Numbered from the stretch's first letter, positions 18,047-29,529 are shown. The stretch: DNA of 64,000 nucleotides from Candidatus Velthaea sp. (GCA_050012475.1 JBEKHC010000040.1:1-64000), one strand, 5' to 3'. Translations and numbers: made by a program. The notes: generated by a model not told the origin, from the letters alone.

Positions 18047-18547
18047 TCAGTAACCGTGCGCGCGGGCGAATCCCTCGGCGGCCACGAGTTGCGCACGGCC
18101 GTCCTGCATCGCTTGCATCGCGGCGGCTTTGTGTCCGCCGTAGTCGGACGCATCGTGCTGCAGCGCAACGATGAGACGGTCGACGCTGCGATGCACGATC
18201 CAGATGTTCCTGTTGCTGCCGCGCTGGCCGCGATCGATTGGTCCGTTCGGGCTCACGCCTGAACCCAATGTAACCGGATGACGGTGCTCGAATTCTTCGG
18301 CTTGAAGCAATTCGTTATGCGCAACGTTGAAGCGTTCGATGGCCGCCACGCGATGGCCGCCGTAGTCTCGATCGTCGTGTTGAAGCTGGTTGATATCGCG
18401 CTCGAGTTGGTGCCGAACTCGCCAGATATTCCTGTTACTCGCATGCTGCCCGGACATCGGTTGGGCCATGGCCGGCGGAGCGGCGCTCAAGCCAACGACT
18501 GCGACGAGCGCGGTGGCAAGGATCGTTCGGTAGGTAAAGCGTGGCAA
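18047..18547 (-). CDS. Secreted helical protein with two SNRNIW...DYGGH repeats
   Basis: GGGAGGG RBS plus TTG, signal peptide (AMA), internal duplication. Confidence 0.8.
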   Translation of the reverse strand: MPRFTYRTILATALVAVVGLSAAPPAMAQPMSGQHASNRNIWRVRHQLERDINQLQHDDRDYGGHRVAAIERFNVAHNELLQAEEFEHRHPVTLGSGVSPNGPIDRGQRGSNRNIWIVHRSVDRLIVALQHDASDYGGHKAAAMQAMQDGRAQLVAAEGFARAHGY

Positions 18548-18732
18548 GGGTCCCTCCCAAAGGAAAGCAACGTCGGTAAGACTGCATTCAAGAATCTTCG
18601 TCCCTGCTTTACCATACGAGAAAGAAAGGCAGAAGTGCAGCGGCGATAATGAATTTTCATCCATGTCTCATCCGGCCGACGTTGCGTTCAATCTCAGAAC
18701 ACGACTTTCTCTCCGACGCGTCGAGTGCGGCG

Positions 18733-20433
18733 CTACCGGTTCGACCGTTCGCCGGTTGCGGCATTCATCCGGGCTGTCGCAGTCGATGAAATCGCGTACA
18801 ACGTAACGTCACCGCGTTCGACCTCGCGGCCGCTGCGGATGATCCGCAGCGTCGTGTCGTGCCATGCGCACAGCGGTATGGCTCCGGGCTGCAGTTCGGC
18901 TTCAAAGGCGCGCCGGCGCGCGATCGTGTGGTCGACCGTTCCGTAGGCCACGCGCCCAAGTGACCCGGCGAACCGGGTAAGTCCGGCAAAGGCCGGCGAA
19001 CTGAGCGTGGCCGGCGAGAATGTCGCGATGCCGAACAGTTCCGCCGTCGCCTGCGCAAAGGTTCGATTTTCCATTCGCACGACGAGCGGCACGTCCGGCC
19101 GCAGGGCGCGTGCGCCCAGCGCTATCTCGAGATTTCCCGGATCGTTGTTCGTCAACACGACGAGCGCCGACGCATGCGCGATATCGCACAGCTCCAGCAC
19201 TTCTTCATGGGTCGCGTCTCCGGTGAGCAAATCGATGGCGTTCTTCCGCGCCAGGCGCATCAAATACGGATCCGGCGAAAGATCGACGACCACGACGTGT
19301 TTGTCTGCCCGCAACAAGAGCTCGACGACGGCCCCCCCGATGCGGCCGGCCCCGCAGACCACAACGTGACCGCGTCCGCGGATGCGCCGCAACCCGGCAA
19401 GTGCCGTCAACTGGGCTCGCGTGATGGCGGAGCTGATATAGCCGATCAGGATGCTCGTGAGCATCGTGCCCCCGATCATTGCAGCGATCACCGTCAGCGT
19501 GATGGCTAGTCCGTCACGAGTGACGGATGCGTCGCCGAAGCCGGCATTCGTCGCGAGCTGGGCCACGTCGAACGCAGCTGAAGTCCATGTGGAGCGTACA
19601 AAGAAATGAAAAAACAAGACGAGCAGCCCGTAGAATACGGCCGCGCCCAGGAGGGTCGTTCGAAGCACCGCATCGATGTGCGTGAGGGAGCGGATCGCCT
19701 TCGCGACGATTTGGCGTCGCTCGCCGGACCGCGTCTCATTCCGCGATTCAGCGACCGGACGACGCGCGACGACCCGGCCGAAAACGACCACCTCATCGTC
19801 TGCCGTAATGCTCATCTCGGCGGGCGGTGCATCACGGTCGCCGACCGAAACGATCCGCACGTCTAGCAGGCTCTCCGCCGCCGCTACCGTCAACCCCTCG
19901 AGCCGCAGTTCGCGCGCGTCGCCCTTCGTGAACCCGACGAGCGTTCCCGTGTCCGGTTCCGGAAAACGAAGCGCAAAGAAGCAGCCCGGATCAAGGGCTG
20001 CGCCGGCATAGGTGGATGCGGCATGCGTGGCCGGCGAGATGACCGAACAATCCGGCAAGTTCTGCTCGATCTTGCGTCCGATCTTCGTTCCGAACTGCCG
20101 CAGCACGACGCGGATTCGCGGATTGAGCATTCGCGCGCGCAGCGCGACGCCGAGGTTTTCTTCGTCGTCGGTTGCGAGCGTGAGGATCGTCGCTGCCGAC
20201 GTCACATCTGCGGCTTGCAGCGCCTCACGACTATTCGGTGTGCGGCAAACGACGGTTGCGCCAAGACGCTCGAAGGCAGCCCGGCGTTCCTCGTCGAGCA
20301 CGGAAAGAACGCAGACGCGCACGTCGCCCGTGGCGATCAATTCCGCGCAAACCCGTTCTGCCAACGCGTCCTCGCCTGTAATGAGTGTGAACGCAACCGG
20401 CTCCATGGGCGCTGTTTCGTCGAAAGGGCTCAA
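18733..20433 (-). CDS. TrkA-N/RCK-domain potassium-channel-like protein
   Basis: Two NAD-binding RCK domains (GHVVVCGAGRIG, GDAT) flanking a 2-TM pore-like segment. Confidence 0.85.
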   Translation of the reverse strand: MSPFDETAPMEPVAFTLITGEDALAERVCAELIATGDVRVCVLSVLDEERRAAFERLGATVVCRTPNSREALQAADVTSAATILTLATDDEENLGVALRARMLNPRIRVVLRQFGTKIGRKIEQNLPDCSVISPATHAASTYAGAALDPGCFFALRFPEPDTGTLVGFTKGDARELRLEGLTVAAAESLLDVRIVSVGDRDAPPAEMSITADDEVVVFGRVVARRPVAESRNETRSGERRQIVAKAIRSLTHIDAVLRTTLLGAAVFYGLLVLFFHFFVRSTWTSAAFDVAQLATNAGFGDASVTRDGLAITLTVIAAMIGGTMLTSILIGYISSAITRAQLTALAGLRRIRGRGHVVVCGAGRIGGAVVELLLRADKHVVVVDLSPDPYLMRLARKNAIDLLTGDATHEEVLELCDIAHASALVVLTNNDPGNLEIALGARALRPDVPLVVRMENRTFAQATAELFGIATFSPATLSSPAFAGLTRFAGSLGRVAYGTVDHTIARRRAFEAELQPGAIPLCAWHDTTLRIIRSGREVERGDVTLYAISSTATARMNAATGERSNR

Positions 20434-20576
20434 AACTCTTACGGTCGACTGGTTTCCATCCTCAACGTTACGTCGAACATTTGCTGCCGATCACGCTCGA
20501 GTTCGCGTACTATTATGCGCAGAGATGTCATCCCGAACGTTCGTATCCGCCGTTCGTCCATTACGTCCGCTCTTTC

Positions 20577-20774
20577 CTAAATCGATGAATCTTCCGACGT
20601 GCGTGCGATCGCAAGCCGAAGTTCGAGCACGAAATCACGCGCTTCAACAAGTACACGTCGATCGCGTCTGCTTGGAATCGATTTGCCTCTGTCGTAGACC
20701 TCTATTGCAAATGAAACAACCCGGTCGAGCGAGTCGACCTCGGAGGGAGCAATACGGATTCGAACGTCCCGCAT
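20577..20774 (-). CDS. Hypothetical small protein
   Basis: 65-aa ORF, helical composition only. Confidence 0.35.
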   Translation of the reverse strand: MRDVRIRIAPSEVDSLDRVVSFAIEVYDRGKSIPSRRDRRVLVEARDFVLELRLAIARTSEDSSI

Positions 20775-21456
20775 GGTGTTCTTATCATGCGTCAGATCGA
20801 GATATCGCGCAAGACTTGACGGCAGGCCTGAAAAGGTCTCGACGTCTTGTCTGCGGCCTTACGACCTTCGAGTGCCTCGGCGCGGCAGCCCTGCGCATGC
20901 CGTAACCCACGGGTATTGTGAAGCGATCGAACGTGATCGGCAGCAACCATTTTTACAAACGTTCGTGCTTAGCAACGATCCGACGAACGATGTTCCGCAA
21001 CGCCGTAAAATCGAAACGAGGATGCCGGCTGCACCGGAGCCGCTGCAGTCCGCCAACTCGTCGACGAAACGTGTCTTCGGTAAATTGAACTCGAGGCGCC
21101 CTGGTGTCGGCATCGGCGGCTTGCTTTCGCAAATTAGCGAGACACTCTTCAATGAATCGCATCAAAGACGCTGGCCCATCCTCACAGCCGGGTTGATCGT
21201 TGGATCGTCAATCCACCATTTCGTCGAACGCGCCCTCGAGCCGGACCCTGCGCCTCGAATTGGGTCCGCCCCGACGGTAACGCACGTTGCAGATCCACGC
21301 CCGTACCTTCCGGTCGAAATGAGTGCGTCAGGTCAGAATGCGCGCTTACTCGCCCGGAACTCGACCGGATGTCTTCACCTGGCGGTCGCGGTCAAGCTGC
21401 GGCGCATAGGTAGTACTACGGATGTCCGGACTGGCGCGAACGTGTATCGTGCCTTC

Positions 21457-21633
21457 ATGGCCGACAACGAGGGATTGGTCATCTTAACGGCGTTCATCGG
21501 CGCGGTTTTCGGCGGCACGGGCTGTCTCGTCGCCGCGTCAACGGGCGACGTCGGGTTCGGTGCGCTCGCGGCAATCGGCACCGTCATATGCACCCTGATC
21601 TGGTACGGAGGGCTCGACCGACGTACCCTCTAG
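21457..21633 (+). CDS. Small 2-TM membrane protein
   Basis: Two hydrophobic Gly-rich segments at the end of ORF 20773-21633. Confidence 0.45.
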   Translation: MADNEGLVILTAFIGAVFGGTGCLVAASTGDVGFGALAAIGTVICTLIWYGGLDRRTL

Positions 21634-21892
21634 GTCGGCCTAGATCGGGGCCGGCAGCTTCGCCCCCTTTCATCCGCGCACGCCGGGTGCGGTCCCGCAG
21701 TCGTCTCGGTCACGTCCCATTCGAAGGATACGTACCCGCCGCCATCCGTCGCTCGCGCCTGCAGTGGCGGAGCACGGAGCGCTGCGCTGCGTCAGGCGTA
21801 TCACAAGGTTGGACGTTTCGGGGACGGCGTCGCGCTACGCTGATCCGGCAAGTCAACACTGACGCTTCCCGTCGACAAAGAGGAGAACACCG

Positions 21893-22822
21893 ATGCGAAC
21901 AGCGCTTCTTTTCTGCTGCATGGTTTTGGCGGGCGTGCTCGCCGCGAGTGCGCCCGTCGGAGCCGCCACCCGGACAACCTTTACGGCACTCGATGTGCCG
22001 GGCGCCGATTCGACCGAAGTGCACGGGGTGATTCGGGTCGGCGTGCTGCTGCAGTACGTCGAAGTCGTCGGCTTCTTTCACGACCCTCACGGGACCCACG
22101 GCTTTGTTTGGTCGCGCGGACGATTCACGACCCTCAACTATCCCGGCGCAGCTAACACGTGGACGATGGGTCTCAATCGGACCGGGCAGATCGTCGGCTA
22201 TTATGCAGGCGCCGACGGAGTCGTCCGCGGGTTTGTCTCGACCGCGGGCAACTACACGACCATTACGTGCCCGCTCAACGTCGGCCGCGGGCCTGCCAAT
22301 GTCGCCCCGAATGCAATAAACGACGCCGGCACGATCGTCGGCGACTTCGGGCCGGCCGGCTTCGCTTTCACCGCCGGAGAGTGCGTTTTTCCAATCCGCC
22401 AGGATGCGATCTACATCAACGCAATCAACAACAACGGCCTCGCGGCGGCGACGATCGTCAACGAAAACAATGCAATTCACGGGCAGACACTTATGCCGCT
22501 GGCAACGAACGACAACCCGTTGCAGATCGACGTTCCCGGTGCGCTGGCTACCTGGGCGACGGGCGTCAACGATACAAGCCAAGTCGTAGGCTATTACCAA
22601 ACGGGCACCCGGCTCATCAGCACGGTCCGGGGATTCATTTTATCAAACAGCGTGTTCGCGACGCTCCAATATCCGGGGGCTTTTTCGACCGAGCCGTTCG
22701 CGATCGATACGCCGACCGCGCCCACGGGAGCCTACGACATCGTCGGCTTTTACGGTGGTCGGTCCGGCGCGCATCACGGCTTCATTGCGACGCTAAGCCC
22801 GCAAGTCGTGAGTCTGCCCTAA
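21893..22822 (+). CDS. Secreted HAF-like repeat (beta-propeller) protein
   Basis: AGGAG RBS, signal peptide, repeats (PGAxxT..GxNxxGQIVG..HGF). Confidence 0.85.
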   Translation: MRTALLFCCMVLAGVLAASAPVGAATRTTFTALDVPGADSTEVHGVIRVGVLLQYVEVVGFFHDPHGTHGFVWSRGRFTTLNYPGAANTWTMGLNRTGQIVGYYAGADGVVRGFVSTAGNYTTITCPLNVGRGPANVAPNAINDAGTIVGDFGPAGFAFTAGECVFPIRQDAIYINAINNNGLAAATIVNENNAIHGQTLMPLATNDNPLQIDVPGALATWATGVNDTSQVVGYYQTGTRLISTVRGFILSNSVFATLQYPGAFSTEPFAIDTPTAPTGAYDIVGFYGGRSGAHHGFIATLSPQVVSLP

Positions 22823-23315
22823 CGCATCGATAAAACGCAAGAACCGGTATGATGGTACCGGCTGAAGATTCGAAGGGCTCCTGGGCGTTCTCGCGCCGGT
22901 CAAGCTCGGCAAGAGTTTGCGATCGCCCAGGACGCTCCATCACTCTGACGAGCGGTGTGGGCCGTGGCAGGCCTGACGCGTGGCCTGGCGCGATGGAGAT
23001 GCTTCCAGCACGGGTCAACGTCAAGCCGATACCGGAAGCCGTGGAGCAGCGTGCGACCCGCGGAGGCCTCGGCGGACCAGGTTCTGACGGTGCCGGACCG
23101 GATGTCACGCCCGGTGGACGTGACGAAGCTCGCATTCGACAAGAGCCGTACCCCACTGCAAGGAATCGAGCCCCCCGACAACCAGCTGCCGAGTCTGCAA
23201 GGAAACCCGGCTGTTGCGTCACGACCGAACGCTGCTGGCGGAACATCTGACTGAGCGGGCGAATTCTTCCTAATCCACATCAGTCAGCATGCAGAATCAA
23301 GGGGGTCCGAGTCAT

Positions 23316-25121
23316 ATGCGCGCTTATCAAGCACCGTTGCGCGACTATCAGTTTCTTATTCACGAGCTGGTCGATTTCGAGAGCGTCACCAAATTGCCGG
23401 GGTACGAAGAAGCCGCCGACTTTGCCGATGCCGTCCTCGAAGAAGCCGGAAACTTTGCCAGTAGCGCGCTCGATCCGCTCAATGTCGTCGGCGATCGCGA
23501 GGGATGCAAGTTTAGCGACGGCGCGGTCGCGACCCCCAAGGGTTTTAAAGAAGCCTATCACTTGTTCAGCGAGGCGGGCTGGTTCGGACTAGCCGTGGAG
23601 CCGGAATTCGGCGGTCAAGGGTTGCCGCAGCTCCTTGCGACCGCGACGCTCGAGATGTGGAACGCGTCGAACATGGGCTTCGCGCTCGGGCCGCTTCTCA
23701 ATCAGGGCGCGATCGAAGCGATCCTTCTCTGCGGCAACGAGGAACAAAAAAAGCTCTACGTTCCCAACCTCGTCTCCGGAAAATGGGCCGGAACGATGGA
23801 CCTCACGGAGCCGCAGGCCGGCTCCGATCTTGCCGCCGTGAGCACGAGAGCGGTCCCCAATGGTGACCACTACCTGATCAGCGGACAGAAGATCTTCATC
23901 ACCTACGGTGAGCACGATTACACCGAGAACATCATTCATTTGACGCTTGGGCGCACGCCTAACGCACCCGCAGGCATCAAGGGCATCTCACTTTTCATCA
24001 CGCCCAAGTTCCTGGTCAATCCGGACGGATCGCTCGGCGCGCGCAACGATATCTGGTGCAGCGGGATCGAGCACAAGCTGGGCATCCATGCCTCGCCGAC
24101 GTGCTCGCTCAATTACGGTGAGACGAGCGGCGGCGCCGTCGGATACCTCGTCGGCGAGGAGAACGAGGGACTCAAATACATGTTCATCATGATGAACATG
24201 TCGCGCTTCTCGATGGGTGTCCAGGCGTATGCGGCCGCCGATCGAGCCTTCCAGGCTGCCCTGGAGTATGCCAAGGAGCGCGTGCAGTCCCGTGACGTCG
24301 GCTCCAAGGATCCGGCGCCGGTTCCTATTCTGGCGCATCCCGACGTTCGTCGCTTGCTCATGAACGTCAAATCCCAGGTCGAGGCGATGCGCGCCCTGGC
24401 GTTCTTTACCGCGGAGGCGATGGATCATCACGCCGACCCCGACCCGGCGAAGCGGGAAGAAGCTTTGGAAACCGTCGAGTTTTTTACGCCGATCGTCAAA
24501 GGCTGGTCGACGGAAATCGCGCCTTCGCTTTGCTCCGACGCATTGCAGGTCTTCGGCGGCAGCGGCTACGTCGAAGAAACGGGCGTCGCGCAGTACTATC
24601 GCGACGTTCGCATCGCCTCGATTTACGAAGGAACGACCGCCATCCAGGCCAACGACCTCTTAGGCCGCAAGTTCCTGCGCGATTCGGGCAAGGTCGCGCT
24701 GCAGGTCGTCGCCCGCATGCAGGCCACCGTTAAGGAACTCGCCGCCAGCTCGAACGCCGACTCGAACGCAATTGGGGTCGAGTTGGGCAAGGCCGTCGAG
24801 GCGCTCACAACAGCCGCCACGTGGCTTCGCACGAACGCGAAAAAAGACACGCGTCAGACGTTCGCAGCCGCAGTTCCGTACTTGATGCTCTGGGGCTATG
24901 TCGCCGGCGGCTGGCAACTGGGACGCTCGGCGCTCGTCGCCGAGAAAAAACTCGACGATCCGTTTTATGCGGCCAAGCTCGTAACGGCGCGTTTCTATGC
25001 CGACCATGTGCTGCCGAAGGCGGTCGGTTTCGCGCACGAAGTCACTGCGGGCGGTGCGACGACCATGGGACTGAAGGACGAACAGTTCGAGATCGACCGC
25101 AAGGCAATGGCGCTGGTCTAA
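23316..25121 (+). CDS. Acyl-CoA dehydrogenase (long, DmdC/FadE5-like)
   Basis: GTMDLTEPQAGSD, GQKIFIT, EHKLGIHASPTC, IYEGTTAIQANDL. Confidence 0.95.
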   Translation: MRAYQAPLRDYQFLIHELVDFESVTKLPGYEEAADFADAVLEEAGNFASSALDPLNVVGDREGCKFSDGAVATPKGFKEAYHLFSEAGWFGLAVEPEFGGQGLPQLLATATLEMWNASNMGFALGPLLNQGAIEAILLCGNEEQKKLYVPNLVSGKWAGTMDLTEPQAGSDLAAVSTRAVPNGDHYLISGQKIFITYGEHDYTENIIHLTLGRTPNAPAGIKGISLFITPKFLVNPDGSLGARNDIWCSGIEHKLGIHASPTCSLNYGETSGGAVGYLVGEENEGLKYMFIMMNMSRFSMGVQAYAAADRAFQAALEYAKERVQSRDVGSKDPAPVPILAHPDVRRLLMNVKSQVEAMRALAFFTAEAMDHHADPDPAKREEALETVEFFTPIVKGWSTEIAPSLCSDALQVFGGSGYVEETGVAQYYRDVRIASIYEGTTAIQANDLLGRKFLRDSGKVALQVVARMQATVKELAASSNADSNAIGVELGKAVEALTTAATWLRTNAKKDTRQTFAAAVPYLMLWGYVAGGWQLGRSALVAEKKLDDPFYAAKLVTARFYADHVLPKAVGFAHEVTAGGATTMGLKDEQFEIDRKAMALV

Positions 25122-25157
25122 GGCAGACTCGGCGCGCCATCACGCCCACCGTCAAGG

Positions 25158-25190
25158 GAGAGCCGGCATGGCATGTCCGTGCCGGCTCTC
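25158..25190 (+). terminator. Stem-loop, probable terminator
   Basis: GAGAGCCGGCATGG-5nt-CCGTGCCGGCTCTC after the ACAD stop; no U-tract. Confidence 0.6.
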
Positions 25191-25488
25191 TCATGGTTCA
25201 AGCGCATTGATCAACACGCCTGAGTGATTGAATCTCGCTCGCCGTCAGCGGCGTAGTCGATCGCGGACAATTGCGCCAACTGGGCACGCGCAGCCCCTCT
25301 TGAGATAGACCTGCCGCGAAAGCTCCCCACGCCGCCCTCGAACAAGAGATGCTGTCGAGCGGCGCAATTGTCGTTGGGCATTCATGGATCATGCTCTCCA
25401 GAAGTGCCGTAGGGCGATTTTCGTGGCCACCGCGAATAAAAACGTTGTTGAAGCAGGATTGCTTGACGCGTTTATTGCCTCCTGGTGG

Positions 25489-26330
25489 CTATTCACCGCT
25501 GGAACCGAACCGTTTCCGGCCGTATTGTCTGATCCGCTGCATCACGCTTGCAGGAAGAACGAGCGGACGAACCACGTTTACATGTGTGCGATTCACCGGT
25601 ACGCCCGTCGGAATAGCGGCAAACGAAACGTCGAGACCGGTCACCGCATCGTATGCGCCACCGGCGATAATTCGTCTGCGAACCTGAGCCTCCGACGACT
25701 TGTCCCTCGTCGTTAATCCCAAAGAGCAGACTGTAGGAATCGCCCGGAAATGTCCCGAGATCCGTGATGACCCGAGGGCTTCTCCAGAACGCAGCGTGGA
25801 CGGTCGAGTTTCCGGTCAGCGCCGACTGTCCGGCCATTTCGCCCCGCTCGTTGATCGCATTTACTGCGTTGTCCAGCGTGCCGCCGAGCGTAGGAAGGGC
25901 GACGGTTTTGCCGTTCCGCCAGAGCACCGGGTGCAGCTCGTCCGCGTTCGGCGGAAAATCGATGCATGAGCCGGATGCGCCGGCGGCGTCGCCGTGGTCG
26001 TCGATTGCATACGCAGACGAATCGGTGTCGCCCGCGACCGGCGGCAGCGCGGTGGCGTGCTTGTACCTGAGCGGCTGCCAGAGCGCGCCTTGCGTTGCAA
26101 GAACCTCCTGCGCGCAATTAGAGTTATTCTCCAGCGCGGCGGTCTCGGACGCCCCAACAATCTGCCCGAAGTTGTTCGCTCCGTACGCAGCGCTGTTGTT
26201 GCCACCGTAAAGCGGGGGCAACGAGATCAACGAACGTCCGTGTCCCCAAAGGACCCCGCGACAGGTGTTTCCGCTGCCGAATCCGCAGAAGTTCTCGAGC
26301 AAGGGATCGGGCCGATACAGCGACGTATGC
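25489..26330 (-). pseudogene. HAF extracellular repeat protein, truncated
   Basis: LPTLGG, AINERG, TDLGTFPGD repeats; no signal peptide; C-terminus in another frame after ~25680. Confidence 0.75.
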
Positions 26331-26807
26331 AACGGCCTTCCACGACCCATATATGAGCTCGCACCATCCGGCTCCCGCGTTCGATACGCATCGGACCGGG
26401 ACCGTCATTAGCGACGACGTTCGATCCGTATCGGACCAAGGCCATCAATAGCGACGACTCAATGTCGAGCAGTCCGCCGCCTAAGCAAAGGATACGCGTA
26501 GGCGTGGACGACTTCGGCGGCTATTCCCGGTCGACATCGCCGGGATGGGTCGGATCGACAATGGTTTGGGCGACCTCGCTGACAAGCGATGGAGAGGCTG
26601 CCATCGAGACCATCACCTAAGTTAGCGAAACGGCCACCTGCAAAGCCGGAGAGTCACGGAGTCTGCACGAAGGCCCACACCGGGGCCGCGCCCGGTCGTG
26701 TCCGTGACGCCGGGCATGCGCGCCGGCGTGACGCGGCGCTTCACACGCCGTAGGGGCGCGGACCGCGGCATGAACGACACATCCCGGCAAGCTCGGCTGA
26801 TCCAGCA

Positions 26808-27578
26808 TTGAAAATCGCGACGCTCAACATCAACGGTATAAACCGTCGTCTTGGAAACCTGCGAGCCTGGCTTGACGTCGCGAAGCCGGATGTCGTTTGC
26901 TTGCAAGAAATCAAGTGCCGAAACGCCGAGTTCCCGCACCGCGCCCTGCAGACCATGGGTTATAGCGCGATCTGTCACGGCCAGGGTCCGCACCACGGCG
27001 TCGCGGTGCTTTGCCGTGGAACCGAGCCGATCGAAACGCGGCGCTGCTTGCCGAACGGCGCGGACGACCGCGAGGCGCGCTACATCGAAGCAGCGGTCAA
27101 CGGCATACTCATCGGGTGCCTGTACCTTCCAAACGGCAATCCGCAGCCCGGACCGAAGTTCGAATACAAACTGCGCTGGTTCGAACGCCTGATCGCGTAC
27201 GCCGCCGAATTGCGCGATCTCGCCGTTCCCGCCGTGCTCGCCGGGGATTACAACGTCGTGCCGACCGACGCCGATATCTACGCCGTGCGCTCGTGGCGCA
27301 CGAACGCGCTGCTGCAGCCAGAACCTCGCGAGGCGTATGCGCGGCTACTCTCGCAGGGCTGGACCGACGCAATTCGCAGCCAACATCCCACCGAGCCGAT
27401 GTACACGTTTTGGCACTATCTGCGTGACGCTTGGCGCCGCGATGCGGGCATGCGGCTCGACCATCTTCTGCTCAGCACCGGCGTCGCGGCCAGGTTAAGA
27501 GGATCCGGTGTGGACCGGGAAATCCGCGGCGCCGAGGATGCGAGCGATCATGCACCGGCGTGGGTCACGATCGACTGA
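26808..27578 (+). CDS. xth: Exodeoxyribonuclease III
   Basis: KIATLNING, CLQEIK, YLPNGN, GDYN, RLDHLL, SDHAP; TTG start. Confidence 0.95.
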   Translation: MKIATLNINGINRRLGNLRAWLDVAKPDVVCLQEIKCRNAEFPHRALQTMGYSAICHGQGPHHGVAVLCRGTEPIETRRCLPNGADDREARYIEAAVNGILIGCLYLPNGNPQPGPKFEYKLRWFERLIAYAAELRDLAVPAVLAGDYNVVPTDADIYAVRSWRTNALLQPEPREAYARLLSQGWTDAIRSQHPTEPMYTFWHYLRDAWRRDAGMRLDHLLLSTGVAARLRGSGVDREIRGAEDASDHAPAWVTID

Positions 27579-27641
27579 TCGGAGCGGCGATCGCATCGTC
27601 TTCCCAAATGCACGCGTTGGCGTCCAAATCCCCGATGAGCA

Positions 27642-28018
27642 TCACCTATTCACCGAGCGAACCGGAATGGCGAGCACCAGCACGCCGAAGATGATGAGCC
27701 CGGCGAAGAGATAGAGGCTTGCCGATGTGCTGTACGTCAGAACGGTCTTCCAGCCGAGGGCATAGGTGCTCACAAATCCGGCGGCAGCGGCGGCCCCGCC
27801 CACCAATGCCGCGGGCAGCGCCCAGAATGCGGGTTGCCCGCTCGAAAGTCCGGCCGCCGCCAAAGGTTAGGCCGACCATGGCGAGCGCGGTGTTGCTGGT
27901 AACAGAGGCAGTCAACGCCAACCCCACTGCAGTTACCGGGCACGGTACGAACGTGTGCCAGCGCCTTCGCGCAAGCCGCCTTGGGGCGAACATGCGGCAG
28001 GACGTCAGCAGAGTGCAA
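27642..28018 (-). pseudogene. MFS transporter C-terminal fragments
   Basis: RRWH...AVGLAL / QPAFWALPAALVGGAAAAAG split over frames. Confidence 0.6.
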
Positions 28019-28138
28019 TGACCGTTAACGCGTCAGTGCGGAGCCAATAGCGGCGCAGCAGCCGTAGTACTCAAGAATCCGCCACGCTTCTTCGAACCGC
28101 GCGCGTCAGCCACGATAACGACGCCCGCCGGCCGGACA

Positions 28139-28162
28139 CAACTGTACGCCGCCAACTGTACG
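28139..28162 (+). promoter_or_regulatory. Direct repeat CAACTGTACG x2 upstream of methyltransferase
   Basis: Exact 10-mers at 28139 and 28153; function inferred. Confidence 0.45.
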
Positions 28163-28273
28163 ACCCGCCGTGGTCCGTCCTGGGCGCGCTACGGCAAAAT
28201 CGTAATGGCCTTCGGCGCCGCAACGCCGCCGCAGGGTCATCTTTTTGCCGCTTCGCCCCCAAGAGGAACACCC

Positions 28274-29359
28274 ATGGCTGCTACTGCCCCGCCGGCCGCG
28301 CCGGCTACTATGGACAGCGAAAAACTTCACGCTTTCGCCGGTAAAACGGTCGCCGAGATCAGTGCTGCCGTAAGCGCGGCACTCGTCGTCATCGGTGACC
28401 GGCTCGGACTTTACCGTGCGCTCGCCGAGAACGGACCGGTGACCTCGCACGAACTTGCCGCAGCGACCGGCACTGACGAGCGCTATTTGCGTGAGTGGTT
28501 GGCCAACCAGACGGCGGGCGGATACATCGAGTACGATCCGACGTTTGCCACGTATCTCTTGCCGGTCGAGCACGCCTACATGCTGGCGAATCCCACGAGC
28601 CCGATGTACGTGCAGGGCGCATTCCAAATGATTCAAGCGGTGTTCGCCGTCGAACCCCAGATCACCGATGCCTTCCGGACCGGATCCGGTTTCGGCTGGC
28701 ACGAGCACGACACGCGTTTGTTCGAGGGCGTCGCGCGCTTCTTTCGGCCCGGCTACAACGCAAATCTCGTCACTGCCTGGATCCCGGCCTTAACCGACGT
28801 CGAAGAGAAGCTGCGGCGAGGCGCCCACATTGCCGACGTCGGTTGCGGTCACGGCTCGTCGTCCATCATCATGGCTCAAGCCTTCCCCCGCTCTAGCGTC
28901 GTCGGCTTCGACTATCACCGGCAATCGATCGAAAGCGCTCGTCGCGAAGCATCCGCTGCCGGCTGCCAGAACGTGTCGTTCGACGTCGCTCGCGCCCAAG
29001 ACTATCCAGGGACTTCGTACGATCTGGTCACGTTCTTCGACTGCCTGCACGATATGGGTGACCCCGTCGGCGCTGCTCGGCACGTCCGCAAGTCGCTTGC
29101 GCCCGACGGAACGTGGCTGCTCGTGGAACCGTATGCGAACGATCGTCTCGAAGACAACCTCAATCCAATCGGGCGCGTCTATTACGCATTCTCCACGACG
29201 ATCTGCACGCCGGCATCGAAGGCCCAAGAAGTCGGGCTCGGGCTTGGAGCGCAGGCGGGCGAGACGCGCATCCGCCAGGTGGTAACCCAAGCCGGTTTCA
29301 CGCGATTCCGCCGCGCAGCCCAAACACCGTTCAATCTCGTATACGAAGTCCGGCCCTAA
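28274..29359 (+). CDS. Class I SAM methyltransferase with N-terminal winged helix (Rv2258c-like)
   Basis: IGDRLGLY, ERYLREWL, ADVGCGHG, FDCLHDMGDP, TPFNLVYE. Confidence 0.9.
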   Translation: MAATAPPAAPATMDSEKLHAFAGKTVAEISAAVSAALVVIGDRLGLYRALAENGPVTSHELAAATGTDERYLREWLANQTAGGYIEYDPTFATYLLPVEHAYMLANPTSPMYVQGAFQMIQAVFAVEPQITDAFRTGSGFGWHEHDTRLFEGVARFFRPGYNANLVTAWIPALTDVEEKLRRGAHIADVGCGHGSSSIIMAQAFPRSSVVGFDYHRQSIESARREASAAGCQNVSFDVARAQDYPGTSYDLVTFFDCLHDMGDPVGAARHVRKSLAPDGTWLLVEPYANDRLEDNLNPIGRVYYAFSTTICTPASKAQEVGLGLGAQAGETRIRQVVTQAGFTRFRRAAQTPFNLVYEVRP

Positions 29360-29529
29360 GCGCGACCACTCCCGGCAAAGCAGGCGACGATGTACCGGTT
29401 ATCAACGTAAAGCGGTCGCGCTGACCTACGTTCGGTAACCGGTAGGGTCGATCTCGCACGTCGGCCTGCTGCGTTCATTTCGCGAACGGTGGTCGTTCCT
29501 CGTCACTTTATCTGGCGCGATACGTTGCA

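Noticed and set aside
19510..19527. Palindrome TCCGTCACGAGTGACGGA
   Set aside because: Inside a coding region, single copy, expected by chance at high GC.
20773..21456. 286-aa ORF as one gene
   Set aside because: Only the last 58 codons look protein-like; no motif in the rest.
26615..26780. Possible c-di-GMP-I riboswitch (GCAAAGCC) upstream of xth
   Set aside because: The GGCAAAC/GAAA first stem is not recognisable; an Infernal/Rfam scan would be needed.
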